A DNA stretch of 63,991 bases, the filler included, from Ministeria vibrans ATCC 50519 (lineage: Eukaryota; Protista; Filasterea), in assembly GCA_943704425.1 (NCBI GenBank). It is 7 parts of 7 records of this genome, joined end to end, with 100 filler letters (N's around TTAATTAATTAA, not from the genome) between each part and the next. Parts side by side here need not be neighbours in the genome. Positions count along the whole stretch, not along the records: positions 51,985 to 60,573 come from CALSCP010000067.1; positions 60,674 to 62,678 come from CALSCP010000158.1; positions 62,779 to 63,991 come from CALSCP010000953.1; 4 more parts are not named here. One strand, written 5' to 3'. Below are positions 58,501 through 63,991 of this stretch, in pieces. Below the pieces are notes generated by a model that did not search any database, was not told the origin of the DNA, and saw nothing but the letters and a program-made list of their open reading frames with translations. Numbering within the stretch: the first letter of the stretch is position 1; each line of letters starts with the position of its first letter. The translations under genes were made by a program, and so were the position numbers.

Positions 58501-59159
58501 TACAGCGCGCCTACAACGATTGCGTGTCGCTCTCGGCGACAGGCTTCTACCGCACGCCTGACATTGCTTTTGACTGGAAGAAGGGACGCGGTCGGCCGTT
58601 CAACTACTTTTCGTATGGCGCGGCTGTGTCCGACGTGGAGATCGACACGCTCACTGGCGAGCACCAGGTGTTGCGCTCAGACATTATCATGGACGTGGGC
58701 AAGTCGCTGAATCCCGCCGTGGACATTGGTCAGGTGGAGGGTGCCTTTGTACAGGGCTACGGTCTGTTTGTGCTCGAGGAGAGCACCTACCTGCGTCAGT
58801 CGGGCCGTCTCTTTTCGCAGGGCCCCGGCTTCTACAAGATTCCTTCCTTCTCTACCATTCCTCAGGACATGCGTGTCACCCTGCTGCCCAATGCACCCAA
58901 CGAGCGCGCGATCCATTCAAGCAAGGCTGTGGGCGAGCCGCCCCTCTTCCTTGCTTCATCTATCTTCTTTGCTCTCGAGGACGCCATCCACGCTGCACGC
59001 GTCGACGCCGGTCTCAACGCCGGGCCCTTCCGTCTCGACAGCCCCGCCAGCTGCGAGCGCATTCGTCTTGCCTGTGAAGACGATATCACCCAAGCCGGTG
59101 TGGCAGCTTCCCTCGACACCGGTGCCTCTTCGCGTGGCACTTGGAACATTACCGTCTGA
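54722..59159 (+). CDS. XDH: Xanthine dehydrogenase/oxidase (5 exons)
   Basis: [76 protein letters not shown]. Exons 54722-54749, 54812-54874, 54952-55104, 55200-55476, 55583-59159. Confidence 0.97.
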
Positions 59160-59692
59160 GTTTTTCATTGGTGGTTTTTGTTCGTTTGCTTTTGTCTTGT
59201 TTTTTATATTATTTTTCGTGAATTTTTATTGTTTGGAAGACGAGCAAGGAAAGTGAGAAAACGTTGATCAAAAAAATTTTTAATACAATCATAATACTGT
59301 GTGATTAAGAGAATAGAACAAACGTTTAGACTGATTTTGAACGTGGCCATGTTTAGGATTATACAGTTGCCAACATTATAATAAAATTAATTAATAATAA
59401 AATAATAATAATAATAATAATAATAATTATTATTATTATTATTATTATTGTTATTATTACTATCATGTCGATTGCTATCGATTTTATTATAATGAAGTTG
59501 ATGATAACTTAGCTTTATTCTTTTCAACCGTAATACACTAACACAATTGTACACTCATCTCTCATTCTAAATCAGTTTGTTTCTCTCTCTCTCCTCTCTC
59601 TCGCACACACACACTCTCTCTAATATTTCCCTTCGCCCAATAGACAGACATACACATAGACAAATATACACCCGTCTCATGCAGACAAAAAA

Positions 59693-60573
59693 CTAAATGA
59701 TGTGCTCGACGGAGAAGGAGTTGGACTGACGGCGACGGGGCGCTGAATCAATTGTGTCAAAGGCCAGGGGTGCGCTGATTCGATGGTGTGGCCCGGTAAA
59801 CGAGAAGCGCCGACGCGATCCACTGTTACCACGCGGCGTCAACTTGGACGAGGGCGCACCAGGTGAGCCGCCTTGGCCAGGCGAGTTGTTGCGACTGCCA
59901 CGAAAAGCTCCAGTTGATAGACCATCGTCGCTTTCGGACGCAGACGAGATGCGCAGCGGTCGATAGCGACCGGGCGTCTGGGTGATGGAAGAAGTGCCAT
60001 AATGCGAGGCAGAGAGGCCACTGGCGATGGCGGGCGACGACTCGTAGCCACCGGCGGAGGCATAGCCGTCGTTGAAGGCGTCGTATTCGCTCTCGTTGGG
60101 CAACGAGTCATCCTCATTGAGTACCAGGTCAGCCCACGATGACGACTTGGTCAGCGGCGGCAGCGATGACATCATCGAGCCGAGCGGGCGCACTTCGTCA
60201 TCTTCCACCTCGTAGCGTTGCTGCTGCGCGCTCTGGTGCAAATGTGGCTGCGACGCTGATCCGTCCGAGTCGTAGCCGGCTCGCGTCGCACTTGCTCGAC
60301 TTGTCTTGGTCCCACGTGAAGCCTTGCCAAACTTACTGCTCGATGGCGGTGGTGTCGTGTCAAACGTACTGGATGCAGAGAGGGCACGGCGCGAGCGTGA
60401 CCGAATAAGATTCGTGGGATGATCAAGACCACCTTCCGAGAGGGCATCGGTGGCAACCGGCTCATCCTGCTGCTGCTGCTCCTGCTGCTGCTGTTGTTGT
60501 TGTTGCTTACGCACTGACTCGAATGCATCGGGATCAGACGCACTTGCAGCGGAGGCGGGGCGGGATGTAGTCG
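59693..60573 (-). CDS. 3' fragment of a Ser/Gln-rich low-complexity protein, unknown
   Basis: GC-rich open frame from the gap to the stop at 59693; no recognisable domain. Confidence 0.5.
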
Positions 60574-60673
60574 NNNNNNNNNNNNNNNNNNNNNNNNNNN
60601 NNNNNNNNNNNNNNNNNTTAATTAATTAANNNNNNNNNNNNNNNNNNNNNNNNNNNNNNNNNNNNNNNNNNNN

Positions 60674-62678
60674 CTTGGCACGGCTCATCACCTCCCGTTC
60701 TCGTTCGTCGAATGGAAAGAGCTGCGAGAGTTGCTCGACGTGTGTCTGCTTGCACCGCCAGCGAAGTATGCGATCCGCCACGTTGACGCTTACAAGTCGC
60801 AAGTGGAGAACGCCTGGGCGAGGATGAGGCAAGACCTCGGGGGACAGATGCTGTACCAGATGCTGGACGCCGGCGAAGGCTCAATGTACATGCTTATGGA
60901 CGGGGTGGCGACACGGCGAGGCGAGATGGTTCCCATCCTGCTTGAGTGGATCGACCGTGAGTATGAGCGAGTGTCTGTGACGTTGGCGATGGCGTTTGAG
61001 CCGGGGAAGTCAGCGCACGAGCTTGCCGAGGCCGCCTTTGATGCCTTCAAGGTGCTTGACCTGATGAGCCTGCTGCGGGAGAACGAGGCGGCGCTCAAGG
61101 GCCTGCCTGCTTTCAACCATTTCCAAGCCTACTACAAGAAACACACCAAGCACCTCCCACCCGGAAGCCCTGAGGCAGCCGACGACGACGCACGCGTTTT
61201 GGCGCTGTACGCCATTGGTGGTGCCACCACCGATGGTGCCATGCTCAACCTGCTCGCAGAGTTCCTGCGCAACCGCGACACAAACGACCTGAACGAGGAC
61301 GCGCACACAACGTGGTGCATCTCTCACCGTATCAGCCTTGCTCTCCGCTTCGCGTTTGCTCTCAAGGAGCAATGTTCCATCGTGCCGCCCGAGCGATCTG
61401 GTCGTGTCCTTCAGAGCAAGTTCAACGACATTTTGGAGGGTCTCGTGGACCTTTACAGCGCCGAGAAGAACTTTCTCGCGCTCACCAGAGCTGCTAAGCG
61501 ACTCAGTTTGCGCCCACCGGTGCGCATGAGCAAGGCAACTGATACTCGCTTTCTCAGCTACGTTGATCTGCTCGTGGCCGTCGACAAGAACCTGGCACTG
61601 TTCCGCAGTATCGACGCCGGCGAGGCTGACACGACTCCAGCGGCCATTGCTGCGCTCTTTGAGAATCGAGCGTATCGCGTCGACGGCACGGTGACCGTGA
61701 TGCGCTTTGAAACGGAACTCCGAGCCTTGATGCCAATCGTATCCGCAGCTCGAGACCTGTTGCTCTACTCCGAGTCAGACAGTGTGGACATGCACCTCTT
61801 CTCCAGCCAGCTCTCCTTCTTCCTTGCTCGTGTGAATGACACCACCCCATTTATCGTTACCTCAACCTCGGGCGTCGCTGCCCAGGTTGACGACGGTGAC
61901 AGCGACGACGACCAGACAAAGACGTTTTCTCTGTATTTGCGTGACTTGATTGCCAATGGACCTTCGGTCCTGTGCAAGTACGTCGCGGATAACATCAAGT
62001 ATGCGCTCTCGTTCTACTTCGACAGAGATCTCGGGAAGGATTGGTCAGCCCTGTTGGCTCTCGTGCTGCACCCTCGCAACTCAGGCCGACAGCTCACGTC
62101 GTTTGAGTCAACAATGGATGGCTTCGAGCCGCTGCCCGTGTTCAAGAACCGCTACACCCTGCTGTGGGAGAGAGAGGCGGGCGGGAGAGCGCTTGAGCAA
62201 GTCGACGCCAGGGAGAGAGTTGCGGAGGCGATGGCGATGATGAACAAGATCGTCTGTGAAGAGATCAGGCTCCAGCTTGAGATTGACGCGGCGCGGACAG
62301 GCCAGCGTGTGCGGGCTTCATCGAAGAGACCCCCACCACGCCACATTTATCAACACCAGCAGCGCCGAAAGCGAGCTCGTGGTGCGGCGCCAGTTAGTGC
62401 CGAGGAGTATATGGCGAGCGACGACGAGGAGGCCAGCGACGACGGCGATGTTGACAGCGCCAGTGGCGCAGACGACAGCGACAGTGATGACGAGGACCTG
62501 GACGAAGACGCCGCGGACGAACAAACTCGGCTGATCGCCAAACCAGTCCTCGACCCATGGCTCAGCCGCCGCAGGCAACCCACAGACGGCAAAGAAACAT
62601 TGCTGTCTTTCTGGAAGAGGGAGCCGGATAGTGTTCTCCGCCGGGTAGTGCGGCGCATCGCGGCGTTTGTCCCCACTC
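60674..62678 (+). mobile_element. hAT-superfamily transposase, internal fragment (both ends cut by gaps)
   Basis: Intronless ORF with LPFSFVE, LMDG, TTDGA, WCISHRISL (CxxH), TRFLSYVDLL (TRW-like), VLHPR and start of dimerisation domain LLSFWKRE...LRRVVRRIAAFVPT. No TIRs visible. Confidence 0.75.
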
Positions 62679-62778
62679 NNNNNNNNNNNNNNNNNNNNNN
62701 NNNNNNNNNNNNNNNNNNNNNNTTAATTAATTAANNNNNNNNNNNNNNNNNNNNNNNNNNNNNNNNNNNNNNNNNNNN

Positions 62779-63991
62779 CCGACCGTTCTCCGGCGGCAAC
62801 GCCCGAAAAGAGAAGCTCGGAGCCAACAGGACACGTTTTGCGTCCCCACCGAATGTATTGGTCGCCAGTGTTGGAAGGGTCGCTGCCGTCGGAGATACAT
62901 TGAACACACGCTACTTCACGGCCGACATACGACGAGTAACCCTGGACGTTGGTGATCTCAATAGAGTATGCTTGTGCCCCATTTTGGCTGCTCGCCGACA
63001 AGACTGACTCAGCATCTTTGTCAATGCACTCGTAGGTAGAACGGTACTGTCCGTACTGGCTAGATGCAATGTAGCCTTGGTAGGCAACCTTGAAGCCCGT
63101 GGGACACGACGTATGGCCAGGCTGCACAAACGTAGCTGTGTTGTTGTTGTAGCCACAGAGGGAGCAGGGGATGTCTTTGTTACTCAGGGTGTTCATTGGC
63201 GAGGGACTATTAGGAAACTCGTATTCGTAACGGTACATTCGGCCCGTGTTGGTAGAACTTGTGCTGAAGCCGTAGATGTAATTGATAGCAACTGGCATGC
63301 ACAAACGCCCAGCACCGCTACCCAACTGAGTGGAGTAGGATCCTGCGCCATAGCCATGATAGATGAGCGAGGTGCCGTCGGGACAGCTAGTGCGTCCCCA
63401 TCGCACAAAGTTGCTACCATGTTCGCCAACACGATCGGGAAGCACCACAACATACACCGCAGTCACGCTTGACCACTGACCGCCTGTCTTGACACGGACC
63501 GACAGGTCGTACTGCGTCTTCACTTCGTAGTCAAGGCCGCCATTGGGCAAAGTGAGCTGGCCCGTTGTGGGCGAGAGCGCAAACAGCCCACTTGGATCCG
63601 AAATGATCTGCCACTCGGGTGAGCCGGTCCAAGTTGCGGCATTGGCCTGGCGCGCAAAGTACAAGTGGGGCTCGCTGATGGTGCTGATAGAGAAGTCATC
63701 AATCTATACGGAGAGAGAGAAAACAAGAGGGAAAAAAAATAAGATAATGAGTCATCTCGAAAGTGGCACGTACCCAAAACTCGCTGGTGAAACCCGAGTT
63801 GGAATTGCTGCTTCCCGGATGGAACTTGATACCAGTGACAAAGTGCTGAGACGATCCAATGAAGGCATCCAGGAACGCATCGAGGTTCTTGCACGAGTAG
63901 TGCCATTCGCCATCATCAATGATGTCGTTCCACGTCGCCTTCTTGGTGTAAATGGAAGGAGACTCCGTCTCCGTCATGGTCATGGAGTACC
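62779..63991 (-). CDS. Internal fragment of a large extracellular protein: cadherin repeat followed by tandem collagen-IV-NC1-like (short-chain collagen C4-type) domains
   Basis: LFALSPTTGQLTL...LDYEVKTQYDLSVRV (cadherin); then FVRWGRTSCP...YHGYGAG...LCMP...IPCSLC...PGHTSCPTGFKVAYQGY...ECID...VACVQC and a second YIRWGRKTCP; one intron at about 63704-63773. Confidence 0.75.

Overview
Gene-dense, intron-rich eukaryotic scaffold with GT-AG introns, GC-rich exons and microsatellite-rich introns. The organism is flagellated (DNAI1, IQCA1/DRC11, calcyphosin). Its gene content mixes animal-like genes (cadherin repeat, COP1, M1AP, ADISSP, BROX, group XII PLA2) with fungal/protist-type architectures (Ole1-type desaturase-cytochrome b5 fusion, PH-CRIB PAK), so it is most plausibly a unicellular relative of animals (inference). 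I spliced about 29 protein-coding genes or fragments by eye. Also present are a likely U17/snR30 H/ACA snoRNA missed by the ORF track, a hAT transposase contig, a dispersed intronic repeat family, and six artificial 100-nt gap spacers (44N-TTAATTAATTAA-44N) that truncate several genes. The most notable observation is a DMPK/MRCK/ROCK-family kinase whose AGC tail runs in one uninterrupted exon into an RVxF + ankyrin module of the MYPT/PPP1R27 PP1-targeting type, i.e. a candidate kinase/phosphatase-recruiting fusion. All family assignments come from motif recognition, not database searches.
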